Assembly (NCBI GenBank): GCA_965224245.1
Contig: OZ245046.1
Span: 448,001-512,000 of the forward strand
Origin: Candidatus Eiseniibacteriota bacterium
GTDB taxonomy: Bacteria > Eisenbacteria > RBG-16-71-46 > CAZAMP01
Direction of reading: 5' to 3'
Length of the DNA: 64,000 nucleotides
Position numbers and translations under genes: made by a program
In this document: one piece after another, positions 27,996 through 41,104 of the stretch
Layout: the number at the start of each line of letters is the position of its first letter
Position numbering within the stretch: the stretch's first letter is position 1
Notes under the pieces: model-generated
The model's input: only the letters and a program-made list of their open reading frames with translations
Told to the model about the DNA's origin: nothing
Databases searched by the model: none

Positions 27996-28570
27996 CGCGC
28001 GCGTTCACGGCGATCTTCCCGCCGGCGCCGGTGCGCGAGAAGCTGGCGCGGTTCGTGGCCTCGCTGGAGCGCGAGGGTGGCGACGTCAAATGGGTCAGGC
28101 CGGAGAACCTCCACCTCACGCTCCGCTTCTTCGGAGACCTGGAGGACGATGCGCTCGAGCGTGCCCAGCAGGTGACGCGCGAGATCGTGAGCTCGTTCGC
28201 CCCGTTCCGGGTCCGGCTGGCCGGTACCGGGACGTTCCCGGCGCGGGGACGTCCGAGGGTGTACTGGGTCGGCATCGATCGAGGGGTCGACGACCTGGAT
28301 CTTCTGGCGGGAGCCCTCGATCGCGGCTACCGGAGCGCCGGCCTGGGCAAGGCCGACAAGGCGTTTGCGCCACACCTGACCGTCGGACGCGCACGACCGC
28401 CGAGGGGACGCCGCCAGCCCGTCCCCCAGAAGCTCTGGACGTTCGGTCGTTTGACTTTCGAATCGCTCGAGTTTACAGTGCCGAGCGTGTGCGTGGTAGC
28501 CAGCGAGCTCTCGCCACGCGGCCCCACCTACGAGCCCCTAGCGGAGTTCCCGATGTCCGGGCACGGCTGA
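27992..28570 (+). CDS. thpR: RNA 2',3'-cyclic phosphodiesterase (2H family)
   Basis: HLTL and HLTV 2H motifs. Confidence 0.93.
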   Translation: MTRAFTAIFPPAPVREKLARFVASLEREGGDVKWVRPENLHLTLRFFGDLEDDALERAQQVTREIVSSFAPFRVRLAGTGTFPARGRPRVYWVGIDRGVDDLDLLAGALDRGYRSAGLGKADKAFAPHLTVGRARPPRGRRQPVPQKLWTFGRLTFESLEFTVPSVCVVASELSPRGPTYEPLAEFPMSGHG

Positions 28571-28629
28571 TTGTTCCCCGGCTAGGCCGACCGGCAGTGG
28601 TCCACTACCTGGAAGGAGAACCGGAGAAC

Positions 28630-29763
<1,134 letters not shown>

Positions 29764-29799
29764 CTCCGCTCGCGCGCCGAGCTACTCGATCGCACGAAC

Positions 29800-29841
29800 G
29801 GGGGATCGACCGTCCGCGGGGCGTTCGATCCCTCTTTCTCT
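29800..29841 (+). terminator. Terminator-like hairpin between recA and recX
   Basis: GGGATCGA...TCGATCCC stem followed by TCTTTCTCT. Confidence 0.6.
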
Positions 29842-30031
29842 GAACCTCGATTAGCGGCTCGAAGGCGATGGTCTTCCCGAGCCGGGACGGCCACAAGGAG
29901 TCGGCCGCCTCGCCGCGTTGCGGCCGGCGCTCCGGGACGCGCCCGCGAGGAGTCCACTACGCGCGGCGACCCCGATCGGGTAGGCTCGGCGCGATGATCC
30001 GGCCCGAGCCCGCGTCCACAGAGGATCCGAG

Positions 30032-30540
30032 ATGACCGACACTTCCCCCCGAGACGACCCGGGGCCGATCACGCCGGATCCCGATCCCCGCGCCGCCGCC
30101 CGCGACCGGGCGCTCTCGTATCTCGACCGCCGCATGCGAAGCCGCCGGGAGCTTCGCAGGTACCTCGAACGAGCGGGTTACGCCGCCGACGTGGTCGAGG
30201 ATACACTCGCCGCCATGACCGAGCTGGGGGTGCTCGACGACGCCGCGTTCGCCAGGGCCTTCGCCCGCGATCGCGTCCGCCTGGCCCCCCGCGGCTACCG
30301 GCTGATCGCCCGGGAGCTGGCCGAGCGCGGGGTGGCGCGCGAGGTCGTGGATGCGGTATTGACGGAGGTCGAGGCCGAGTTTCCCGAGGTCGAGATCGCC
30401 GAGGCGCTTCTCGTGAGGAAGCGCCGCCACCGGGGCGACGGCGAGCTGACCGAGGCCGAGACGCGCAAGCTCGAACGCTACCTCGCCGGACGGGGTTTTC
30501 GACACGACACGATCAGACGCGTCGTGGGGGGAAGTGATCC

Positions 30541-30553
<13 letters not shown>
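30032..30553 (+). CDS. recX: Regulatory protein RecX
   Basis: ALSYL..R.RS..EL, LDDAAFA, ELAERGV, LAGRGF; downstream of recA. Confidence 0.92.
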
Positions 30554-33161
<2,608 letters not shown>

Positions 33162-33165
<4 letters not shown>

Positions 33166-34016
33166 GAATCCTGATCACCGGCGGACGCGGCATCGTCGGA
33201 ACCGCGCTTCAGAGCGTGCTCGGCCGCGAGGCCATCCCACTCGAGCGCGACGAGTGCGACGTGACCGACGCGGGGTCGGTCGGGGCCGCGTTCGAGAGCC
33301 ACCGACCCGAGGTCGTCATCCACTGCGCGGCCATGACGAACGTCGACGGCTGTGAGCACGACCAGGCGGGCGCCAGGCGCGTCAACGTGGACGGGACGGC
33401 CAACGTGGCCCAGGCCGCGCGCGGCCGGAACGCGCGCCTCATCCTTCTCGGAACCGACTACGTGTTCCGGGGCGACGTGGACCGGCCCCTCACCGAGGAC
33501 GACCCTCCGGGACCGCGGTCGACCTACGGGAAGACGAAGCTGGGTGCCGAGGGCGCCGCGATCCTGAACCATCCCGCGCCGCTGATCGTGCGCACGTGCG
33601 GAGTGTACGGCGAGGGCTCCACCGCGCACTTTCCGGCCAAGATCGCCGCGAAGATCGACGCCGGTGAGCCACTTTGCGTCGTCGACGACCAGGTCGTCTC
33701 GCCGACGTACGCGCTGGATCTGGCCGGCGCGCTGGCGAGGCTCGCCCGCATGTCCGACGTTCACGGCCTCTATCACGCGGCCAACTCCGGCCACGTGTCG
33801 TGGTTCGCCTTCGCCCGCGAGATCGCGCGCCTTCAGGGCAAGCCCGAGCATCCGATCGAGGCGATCTCCACGACGGCTCTCGGTCGACCGGCACCCCGAC
33901 CGGCCTACTCCGCCCTCGACTCGCGCAAGCTCGCGCGCGACCTCGGCATTCTGATGCGACCGTGGGACGAGGCGCTCGGCGCCTACCTCCGGTCCACGTC
34001 TCGGGTGATCCCATGA
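33162..34016 (+). CDS. rfbD: dTDP-4-dehydrorhamnose reductase
   Basis: ITGGRG.VG, AAMTNVD, TDYVF, YGKTK, PAPRP.YS. Confidence 0.93.
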
Positions 34017-34612
34017 GCGACGACGTCAGGCGCGCGCTGGAGGCGGGCGGACGGCTGATCCTGACCCTGGCCGAGACCGAGTCCGATCGGGTCGCCCGCG
34101 TGGCCGACGAGGTCGCGCGACGCTTCTCGGCCAAGGGGCGTCTCCTTGCCGCCGGCAACGGGGGAAGCGCCGCCGACGCCCAGCACGTGGCCACCGAGCT
34201 GTCGGGCCGTTTCTTTCTGGATCGACCCCCGCTGGATGCGATCGCGCTCAACACGAACTCCTCGGCGGTGACGGCGATCGGTAACGACTTCGGGTTCGAC
34301 GAGGTCTTCGCACGCCAGGTTCGCGCACACGGGCGGGCCGGGGACGTGCTACTCCTGTTCACGACCAGCGGTGCCTCGCCCAACATCCTGTCCGCGGCCG
34401 AGGCGGCGCGCGACCTCGGGCTGTACGTGGTCGGCTTCACCGGCTCGCGGGGCGCCGCTTTCGCCGAGGCCTGCGACGAGGCGTTCATCGTACCCAGCGC
34501 GATCACGCCGCGCATCCAGGAGGGACACATCGCGCTCGCGCACGCCCTCTGCGAGCGAGTCGAGGTGTTGCTCTTCGGCTCGGCCGGCGACCCGGACCGC
34601 GCCACCACATGA
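34013..34612 (+). CDS. gmhA: Phosphoheptose isomerase
   Basis: GNGGSAADAQH, TAIGND, TTSGASPN, RIQEGH. Confidence 0.94.
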   Translation: MSDDVRRALEAGGRLILTLAETESDRVARVADEVARRFSAKGRLLAAGNGGSAADAQHVATELSGRFFLDRPPLDAIALNTNSSAVTAIGNDFGFDEVFARQVRAHGRAGDVLLLFTTSGASPNILSAAEAARDLGLYVVGFTGSRGAAFAEACDEAFIVPSAITPRIQEGHIALAHALCERVEVLLFGSAGDPDRATT

Positions 34613-35496
34613 TCGGCGACTACGGGCGGCAGCTCCGTCCACGTCAGTGGACGAAGAACCTGATCCTGTTCGCGGGCGTCATCTTCTCCGAGAGCCTGCT
34701 CGACGTGAACCTCCTCTTGCGGAGCGCGCTCGGGTTCGTCACGTTCTGTCTGATCTCGTCGTCCATCTATTGCATCAACGATCTCGCCGATCTCGAGAGC
34801 GACCGGCGTCACCCGAAGAAGCGCCTGCGTCCACTCCCGTCCGGTCGCATCAGCCCCGCCGGCGTGCGGGGGCTCGCGCTGACGCTCCTGGTGCTGGCGC
34901 TCGCCGGAGCCTGGCTTCTGGCGCCGGTCTTCGCTGCGGTCGTCGGGATCTACTTCGCGATCAACGTGGCCTACTCGCTTCGCCTCAAGCGCGTCCCGAT
35001 CCTGGACGTGATCATCCTGGCGCTCGGCTTCGTGCTGAGAGCGGTGGGCAGCGTGGACGTGCTGGCCCGCCCCGACGTGATCATCTCGCCGTGGCTCCTC
35101 CTGTGTACGTTCTTCCTGGCCATGTTCATCGGCGCGGGCAAGCGCCGGGCCGAGCTGGCACTCCTCGAGGGGGCGGCGGCCGAGCATCGTGTGGCCCTCT
35201 CGGGCTACAGCGTCCAGTTCCTGGACCGGATCATGACCGCGACGATGACCTCGTCGATCCTGGCCTATGCGATCTACACGCTGTATCCGGGCACGATCGA
35301 GAAGTTCGGCACCGACGAGCTGGTCTACACGGTGCCGCACGTGGTCTTCGGGCTGCTGCGTTACATGTACATCGTGTACGAGCGGGACGAGGGGGGGAGC
35401 CCCACCGAGGCCATCCTCCACGATCGGGCGCTGCTGGTGACCGTCGGTCTGTGGGTGCTGACCGTGATCTACATCCTGTACGGTCCCGGACGATGA
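34609..35496 (+). CDS. UbiA-family polyprenyl-phosphate phosphoribosyltransferase (DPPR synthase-like)
   Basis: RPRQWTKN, YCINDLAD.ESDRRHPKKRLRP.PSG, KRRAEL, GGSPTE. Confidence 0.9.
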   Translation: MIGDYGRQLRPRQWTKNLILFAGVIFSESLLDVNLLLRSALGFVTFCLISSSIYCINDLADLESDRRHPKKRLRPLPSGRISPAGVRGLALTLLVLALAGAWLLAPVFAAVVGIYFAINVAYSLRLKRVPILDVIILALGFVLRAVGSVDVLARPDVIISPWLLLCTFFLAMFIGAGKRRAELALLEGAAAEHRVALSGYSVQFLDRIMTATMTSSILAYAIYTLYPGTIEKFGTDELVYTVPHVVFGLLRYMYIVYERDEGGSPTEAILHDRALLVTVGLWVLTVIYILYGPGR

Positions 35497-36239
35497 GCGA
35501 GTCCGGCCCCGGAGGCGGCGAGACCGCGAGAGAGCCCCGCGAGATGTGCTATCGCTGCCTGAAGGCCCGCGTGGTCTGCGTGTGCGCGAGCGTGCGCGTC
35601 GTGGAGAACCGGATCGGGGTCACGATCCTCCAGCACCCGCGCGAGTACCGCCATCCGATCGGCACCGCACGCTTCCTGCGGCTGGGGCTCCGCTGCTGTA
35701 GGGTCATCGTGCCCTGGGCGAACGAGGACGGGGAGCTCCGGCGCGACGTCTCCGTTCCGCCGGGGGCGGCGCTCCTGTACCCGGGCGCACGTGCGCGCGA
35801 GCTGTCGGACCTGGAAGAGGCCGCGCGGCCGTCGCACCTGGTCGTGCTCGACGGCACCTGGCGGCACGTTCGGCGGCTGTATCGCGACAACGCGTGGCTC
35901 CACGCGTTGCCGATGGTGGCTCTGGAGCCCCCGGCGCCCAGCCGCTATCGCATCCGTCCCGAGCCGGCCGCCCACTGCCTGTCGACGGTCGAGTCGGTCG
36001 CGGCCGCGCTGGGGATGCTCGAGCCGGCCACGATCGGTCTCGACGCCCTGGTGGCCGCGTTCGAGGCGATGATCGACGAGCAGATCCGGTGCGCGAATGG
36101 CGGGCGCGTCAAGCGCGAGAAGACGGTCGAGCGAGTGACACGGGATCGGCGTCGGCGGGGCGTGCTCCTGGATCCCGTGACCGAGGGCCGCGCGCCCGCG
36201 GCGAGCGGTCTGCGGGATCGAGCCGGATGCCCGGTCTGA
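35493..36239 (+). CDS. DTW-domain tRNA-uridine aminocarboxypropyltransferase (TapT-like)
   Basis: CYRC..VCVC, QHPRE, LLYP, VLDGTW, CLSTVE. Confidence 0.9.
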   Translation: MSESGPGGGETAREPREMCYRCLKARVVCVCASVRVVENRIGVTILQHPREYRHPIGTARFLRLGLRCCRVIVPWANEDGELRRDVSVPPGAALLYPGARARELSDLEEAARPSHLVVLDGTWRHVRRLYRDNAWLHALPMVALEPPAPSRYRIRPEPAAHCLSTVESVAAALGMLEPATIGLDALVAAFEAMIDEQIRCANGGRVKREKTVERVTRDRRRRGVLLDPVTEGRAPAASGLRDRAGCPV

Positions 36240-37129
36240 TGGAGACCGCGGTCTGGGAGGCGCCGGCGAAGCTGAACCTCGTGCTCGAGGTCGTCGGCCG
36301 CCGGCCGGACGGCTTCCATGAGCTCCGCACCGTCCTTCAGGCGATCGACCTCGTGGATCGCCTCACGATCGAGCCGGCCGACCGCTACGCGCTCACCTGC
36401 GACGGGCTCGACACACCGGTGGAGGACAACCTCGTCACCCGCGCGTACCGGGCGCTCGCCGAGCGCGGTGGCGTCGGGCCGGTCCGGATCCACCTGGAGA
36501 AGCGGATCCCGCTCGCCGGCGGGCTGGGTGGCGGCAGCTCGGACGCCGCGGCGGTGCTGGTGGCGCTGAACGCGCTCTACTCGCTGGGGCTCGATCCCGA
36601 CGAGCTTCAGACGATCGGGGCATCGATCGGCAGCGACGTTGCGTTCTTCGTTCGCGGCGGTACGCAGCTCGGACTCGGGCGGGGAGAGCGCCTGGAACGA
36701 TGGCCCGACATCCGGGGTGTGATCACGCTGGTCGTGCCGCGCCTCGGCGTGCCGACCGCCCACGTGTTCGCGGCGGGAGGCTTCGGTCGCGCGCCCGCGG
36801 ATCCGATCGGCGCGCTCCGGAGAGCGCTCGACGAGGACGGGGCTCGCGGTGCCGGGGACCGGATCTCGGCGGTGCTCTTCAACGCGCTCGAGGCCCCGGC
36901 GATTGGCGTGGCGCCTGCCGTCGGGCGTCTCCGGGACCGGCTGGCGGCCCTCGCCGGGGTGGCTCGGGTGTCCGGAGCCGGCTCGACGCTCTTCGCCCTG
37001 GCGCCGGACGAGGCCACGGCCCGGCAGTGGGCAGACGCGCTGGCGGACGATCCGGACGTGGCCCGGACGCTGGTCACCCGGACGCGAAGCGACGGCGTTC
37101 GCCGCGTGGCGGGGCCGCGCACGCCGTAG
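36239..37129 (+). CDS. ispE: 4-diphosphocytidyl-2-C-methyl-D-erythritol kinase (alternative start 36227)
   Basis: APAKLNL, KRIPLAGGLGGGSSDAA, GSDV, SGAGST. Confidence 0.95.
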   Translation: METAVWEAPAKLNLVLEVVGRRPDGFHELRTVLQAIDLVDRLTIEPADRYALTCDGLDTPVEDNLVTRAYRALAERGGVGPVRIHLEKRIPLAGGLGGGSSDAAAVLVALNALYSLGLDPDELQTIGASIGSDVAFFVRGGTQLGLGRGERLERWPDIRGVITLVVPRLGVPTAHVFAAGGFGRAPADPIGALRRALDEDGARGAGDRISAVLFNALEAPAIGVAPAVGRLRDRLAALAGVARVSGAGSTLFALAPDEATARQWADALADDPDVARTLVTRTRSDGVRRVAGPRTP

Positions 37130-37163
37130 CCACGGCCCGGGCCGGACCCGGCCGGAGCGGGGC

Positions 37164-37193
37164 TTGACCCCGTGCCGGTCCTCCGAGTACGAT
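37164..37193 (+). promoter_or_regulatory. sigma70-type promoter upstream of the structured element/tRNA-Gln-prs
   Basis: TTGACC-18 bp-TACGAT. Confidence 0.65.
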
Positions 37194-37211
37194 CCCGTCC
37201 GCTCGAAAACG

Positions 37212-37307
37212 ACTCGGGAGGATCCACAGGGGGCGTCGTCGTACGTTCTCTCCCCGATGTGACGCCGGGCCGGCCACCGGCCGCGTCGAAGGGGACCAAT
37301 CCTGGGT
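37212..37307 (+). ncRNA. Candidate three-way-junction structured RNA (family not recognised)
   Basis: P1 ACTCGGGA/TCCTGGGT; P2 GGGGGCGT/ACGTTCTC; P3 TCCCC..GACGC..GGCCGG/CCGGCC..GCGTC..GGGGA. Begins just after a promoter. Confidence 0.4.
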
Positions 37308-37497
37308 GATCGACGGGCGCACGCGCCGCAAGGCACGCGCCGTCACGTCGACCCGCACCGCCGCGCCCACCCGCGCGCCGTCGCGACCCACCGGATCCGC
37401 CCGGGACGACCGTCCGCGACGTCGCAATCCCCTGAGCTTGCATCGTCTTCGCCGGCCGGTCGCGCGCCCCGGCGCGTCGTCGAGCGCGTGACGACGA

Positions 37498-37573
37498 TGG
37501 GGCGTCGCCAAGTGGTTAAGGCACCGGGTTTTGGTTCCGGCATTCGGAGGTTCGAATCCTCCCGCCCCAGCCA
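37498..37573 (+). tRNA. tRNA-Gln(TTG)
   Basis: TGGGGCG/CGCCCCA, CCGGG-TT-TTG-GT-TCCGG, CCA; usual ispE-tRNA-Gln-prs position. Confidence 0.97.
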
Positions 37574-37598
37574 GTTCCAACGACCGACGGGAGGTCAC

Positions 37599-38540
37599 GT
37601 GGCCGATCCACGGCACATCCGCATCTTCGCCGGGTCCTCGAATCCGGCACTGGCGGCCGGGCTCTGCGAGTATCTCGGCACCGAGCCCGGCGAGCTGGAG
37701 CTGACGCGCTTCGCCGACGGCGAGATCCTCGTGCGGTTTCTCGAGAACATCCGCGGCCACGACGTCTTTCTCTTGCAGACGACCGCCGGTCCCTCGGACA
37801 ACCTCGTCGAGCTGCTGATCATGATCGACGCGGCGGTCAGGGCCTCGGCCAAGCGCGTGACGGTCGTCACGCCGTACTTCGCGTACGCCCGTCAGGATCG
37901 CAAGGACCAGCCGCGCGTGGCGTTGACCGCGAAGCTGGTGGCCAACCTGATCACCACCGCCGGCGCCAATCGCATGCTCACGATGGATCTGCATTCGCCC
38001 CAGATCCAGGGGTTCTTCGACATCCCGTTCGATCACCTGTACGCGGCCCCGGTTCTGCTCGACTACTTCAAGAAGCTTGCGCGTGCCCGCACCGTCATCG
38101 TGGCCCCGGATCTGGGCAGCGTGAAGATGAACCGCGCCTACGCCAACCGCCTCGGCCTGCCGCTGGCGCTGATCGACAAGCGCCGCCACGGGGCCGACGC
38201 CACCGAGGTCATGCACGTCGTCGGCGACGTCGAGGGGGCAGACGTGATCCTCCTCGACGACGAGATCTCGACCGCCGGCACGATGTGCCAGGCGGCGGTG
38301 GCCCTCAAGGAGCGCGGTGCGGCGCGGGTGTTCGCAGGGGCCACGCACGGCAAGTTCGTGGGCTCGGCGCTCGAGCGAATCGCGGAGAGCCCGATCGAGG
38401 AGGTCGTGGTGACCGACTCCATTCCGAACGCCGGGCGCGAGCTCGGACCCAAGATCCACACACTCTCGGTGGCCTCGCTGCTCGGCGAGGCGATCAAGCG
38501 CATACACGAGGAGCGGTCGCTCAGCTCGCTCTTCGTCTGA
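37599..38540 (+). CDS. prs: Ribose-phosphate pyrophosphokinase
   Basis: RFADGE, YARQDRK, DLHSPQIQGFF, DDEISTAGT; GTG after GGAGG. Confidence 0.98.
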   Translation: MADPRHIRIFAGSSNPALAAGLCEYLGTEPGELELTRFADGEILVRFLENIRGHDVFLLQTTAGPSDNLVELLIMIDAAVRASAKRVTVVTPYFAYARQDRKDQPRVALTAKLVANLITTAGANRMLTMDLHSPQIQGFFDIPFDHLYAAPVLLDYFKKLARARTVIVAPDLGSVKMNRAYANRLGLPLALIDKRRHGADATEVMHVVGDVEGADVILLDDEISTAGTMCQAAVALKERGAARVFAGATHGKFVGSALERIAESPIEEVVVTDSIPNAGRELGPKIHTLSVASLLGEAIKRIHEERSLSSLFV

Positions 38541-38593
38541 GGTTTTGCACGACGTGACGACGACGATGAAGACGAAGGCCCAAGGAGGTACGC

Positions 38594-39238
38594 ATGGCGG
38601 TCGTCGAGTTGATCGGTGAGAACCGAGCCCGGAGCGGCAAGGGCGGCGCTCGCCAGGTGCGGCGCGACGGCTTCGTGCCGGCCGTGCTGTACGGCGGCAC
38701 CGTGGATCCGGTGAGTCTGAAGATCGAGAGAAGCAAGTTCGAGGTGCTGCTCCGGACGCCGGGAGGTCGCCACTCGGTGATCGACTTCCAGCTCCCAAGC
38801 GGCAACCAGCTGGCGCTGATTCGCGAGGTGCAGCGTCATCCGGTCTCGCGCGCGGTGATCCACGTCGACTTCCAGCGCATCGAGGAAGACAAGCCCGTGC
38901 AGGTCGAGATCCCCATCGTCCTCACCGGCGTCTCGGCTGGACAGAAGATCGGCGGGGTTCTGGAGCACGTGACCCGTGAGGTCGAGGCCCGGTGCATGCC
39001 GCGGGACATCCCGGGGCGCTGGCTGATCGACATCAGCCACATGGAGCTCGGGCAGACGATGCATGCGAGCGATCTCGACATCCCGAACGTCGAGATCCTG
39101 GTGGAGCCCGAGCGCGTCATCTGCGTGATCGCCGAGCCGACGAAGGCGGTCGAGCCCACCACCGACGAAGAGGCCGAGGGCGAGGAAGCCGCGGAGGCCG
39201 AGGAAGGCGCCGACGGCGAAGGTTCGGAAGGCGAGTGA
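38594..39238 (+). CDS. rplY: 50S ribosomal protein L25 (CTC type)
   Basis: GKGGARQVRRDG.VPAVLYG, VQRHPV...HVDF. Confidence 0.96.
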   Translation: MAVVELIGENRARSGKGGARQVRRDGFVPAVLYGGTVDPVSLKIERSKFEVLLRTPGGRHSVIDFQLPSGNQLALIREVQRHPVSRAVIHVDFQRIEEDKPVQVEIPIVLTGVSAGQKIGGVLEHVTREVEARCMPRDIPGRWLIDISHMELGQTMHASDLDIPNVEILVEPERVICVIAEPTKAVEPTTDEEAEGEEAAEAEEGADGEGSEGE

Positions 39239-39242
39239 GCAC

Positions 39243-39800
39243 GTGTGGATCGTCGGGCTCGGTAACCCCGGACCGCGCTACGCGGGGACCCGACACAACG
39301 TGGGGTTCGAGCTCGTGGACGTTCTCGTCGAACGATTCGACGCGAGTCCGGTTCGTGCGGACGCCACCATGCTCGTGTGGCGCGGAGCGTCCGGGTGGGA
39401 GGAGTGCCTGCTCGTGAAGCCGATGACCTACATGAACCGATCGGGCCTCGCCGTCCGGGCGCTGGTGGATCGGTACGAGCTGGACATCGCCGACGGGCTC
39501 TGCGTCGTGGACGACATGGCGCTCGACCTGGGGCGGATCCGCTTTCGCGAGCGGGGCAGCTCCGGCAACCACAACGGTTTGGAATCCATCGAGGAACACC
39601 TCGGGACACGGGACTATCCGCGGCTTCGGATCGGCATCGGGCCGGCACCCGACGCCGAGAGCTGGGTGGACTTCGTGCTCGAGCGGTTCTCGGACGACGA
39701 GCGTGGAACGCTCGACGCGGCGCTGGAGCGCGCCGCCGACGGCGTCGAATCGCTGATGTCGGCGAGCTTTGAGGACACGATGAGCCGGTTCAACGGCTAG
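39243..39800 (+). CDS. pth: Peptidyl-tRNA hydrolase
   Basis: VGLGNPG..Y..TRHNVGF, KPMTYMNRSG, HNGL, RLRIGIG. Confidence 0.97.
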   Translation: MWIVGLGNPGPRYAGTRHNVGFELVDVLVERFDASPVRADATMLVWRGASGWEECLLVKPMTYMNRSGLAVRALVDRYELDIADGLCVVDDMALDLGRIRFRERGSSGNHNGLESIEEHLGTRDYPRLRIGIGPAPDAESWVDFVLERFSDDERGTLDAALERAADGVESLMSASFEDTMSRFNG

Positions 39801-39815
39801 CTGGAGGAGATCGCT

Positions 39816-40283
39816 TTGCGACAATACGAAACGATTTTCGTCATGGACCCCGCCCTCGATGGCGACGCGGTCGAAGGCGAGCTCGATCGTGTGGTCAAGA
39901 TGATCGAGGGGAACGACGGACAGGTCGTCGAGGTACAACGGTGGGGAAAGCGGCGGCTCGCGTATCCGATCCGCAAGCGGAGCGACGGCGTCTACACGTA
40001 CGTGCGCTTCGACGGCAACAACGCGGTCCTGTCCGAGCTCAACCGTCGATTCTCACTGAACGAGGACCTCTTGCGCCACATGACGGTTCTCCTGGATCAC
40101 CCCTACGCCAAGGACGTCCGACCGTCGGGCGTCGTGACCGAGAGCGAAGGCGACGACAAGGCCGAGGAGACGACGAAGGCCGAGGAGACGACGAAGGCCG
40201 AGGGCGGCGAGTCCCCGCGTGCGCGCGAGAACGGTGCCGCCGCCCCGCGCACGAACGATGGCGACACCGAGGACGAGGACTAG
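39816..40283 (+). CDS. rpsF: 30S ribosomal protein S6 with long acidic tail
   Basis: [20 protein letters not shown] start after GGAGG. Confidence 0.96.
   Translation: MRQYETIFVMDPALDGDAVEGELDRVVKMIEGNDGQVVEVQRWGKRRLAYPIRKRSDGVYTYVRFDGNNAVLSELNRRFSLNEDLLRHMTVLLDHPYAKDVRPSGVVTESEGDDKAEETTKAEETTKAEGGESPRARENGAAAPRTNDGDTEDED
40158..40202 (+). repeat. 2.5 copies of an 18-bp coding repeat (KAEETT) in the rpsF tail
   Basis: AAGGCCGAGGAGACGACG x2 + AAGGCCGAG. Confidence 0.85.
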
Positions 40284-40293
40284 GGGGGGGCAG

Positions 40294-40521
40294 ATGCGAG
40301 ATCGCGATCGCCGCAAGGGCTGCAAGCTCTGCGCAGACAAGATCCCGTTCGTGGACTGGAAGGACGAGCGGCTCCTGCGCCGGTTCATGACCGACCGTGG
40401 CAAGGTCGTTCCACGTCGAGTGTCCGGAAACTGCTCGCGTCATCAGCTGCAGTTGGGGCGCGCCATCAAGCGAGCCCGCTACGCGGCGCTCTTGCCGTAC
40501 GTCGACGAGCACGCGAAGTAG
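40294..40521 (+). CDS. rpsR: 30S ribosomal protein S18 (zinc-binding C+ form)
   Basis: CKLC...[24 protein letters not shown]. Confidence 0.96.
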   Translation: MRDRDRRKGCKLCADKIPFVDWKDERLLRRFMTDRGKVVPRRVSGNCSRHQLQLGRAIKRARYAALLPYVDEHAK

Positions 40522-40534
40522 GGAGAGACTCGAG

Positions 40535-41104
40535 ATGGACATCATTCTGATCAAGGACGTCGACGGCGTCGGCTTCCGGGGGCAGACCGTCAAGGTCGCC
40601 GACGGCTTCGCGCGCAACTTCCTGATCCCACGCGGTCAGGCGCTCCGTGCCACCCCGGCGGCCCGCAAGGTCGCCGACGAGCTGAATCGCGCGGCCGAGC
40701 GCAAGGAGGTCCACGTTCGTGCCGAGGCCGAGACGCGCTCGGCGCGGCTGAAGGACGTCAGCCTCACGTTCGAGATGAACGCCGGCGAGGGCGGCAAGCT
40801 GTTCGGGTCGGTCACGAGTCAGGACATCGCCGAGGCGCTCGCAAAGGAGAACACGGGCGTCGAGATCGACAAGAAAGACGTCATGCTGCGCACGCCGATC
40901 AAGTCGGTGGGCCGATTCGACGTGAAGCTCAAGATCTTCCGAGACATCCAGCCCGAGATCGAGGTCTGGGTCGTGGCCAAGAACGAGGCGAAGGCGCCGG
41001 CTCCGGTGCTCGAGACGTCTCCTCCCGCCGAAGCGGTCGACGGGGCCGAGCCCGCGACCGACGGCAGTCAGGACACCGGTGATGGCGACGCCGAAACCAG
41101 CTGA
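40535..41104 (+). CDS. rplI: 50S ribosomal protein L9
   Basis: VKVADGFARNFLIP, GKLFGSVT, PIKSVG. Confidence 0.97.
   Translation: MDIILIKDVDGVGFRGQTVKVADGFARNFLIPRGQALRATPAARKVADELNRAAERKEVHVRAEAETRSARLKDVSLTFEMNAGEGGKLFGSVTSQDIAEALAKENTGVEIDKKDVMLRTPIKSVGRFDVKLKIFRDIQPEIEVWVVAKNEAKAPAPVLETSPPAEAVDGAEPATDGSQDTGDGDAETS

Noticed and set aside
29862-29900. Fluoride riboswitch-like GGCGATGG between recA and recX
   Set aside because: Lacks the complementary TCGCC stem and the downstream conserved elements; the context does not fit.
40283-40290. G8 run between rpsF and rpsR as a phase-variation tract
   Set aside because: It sits at the RBS position of an essential gene; more simply a G-rich Shine-Dalgarno or homopolymer uncertainty.
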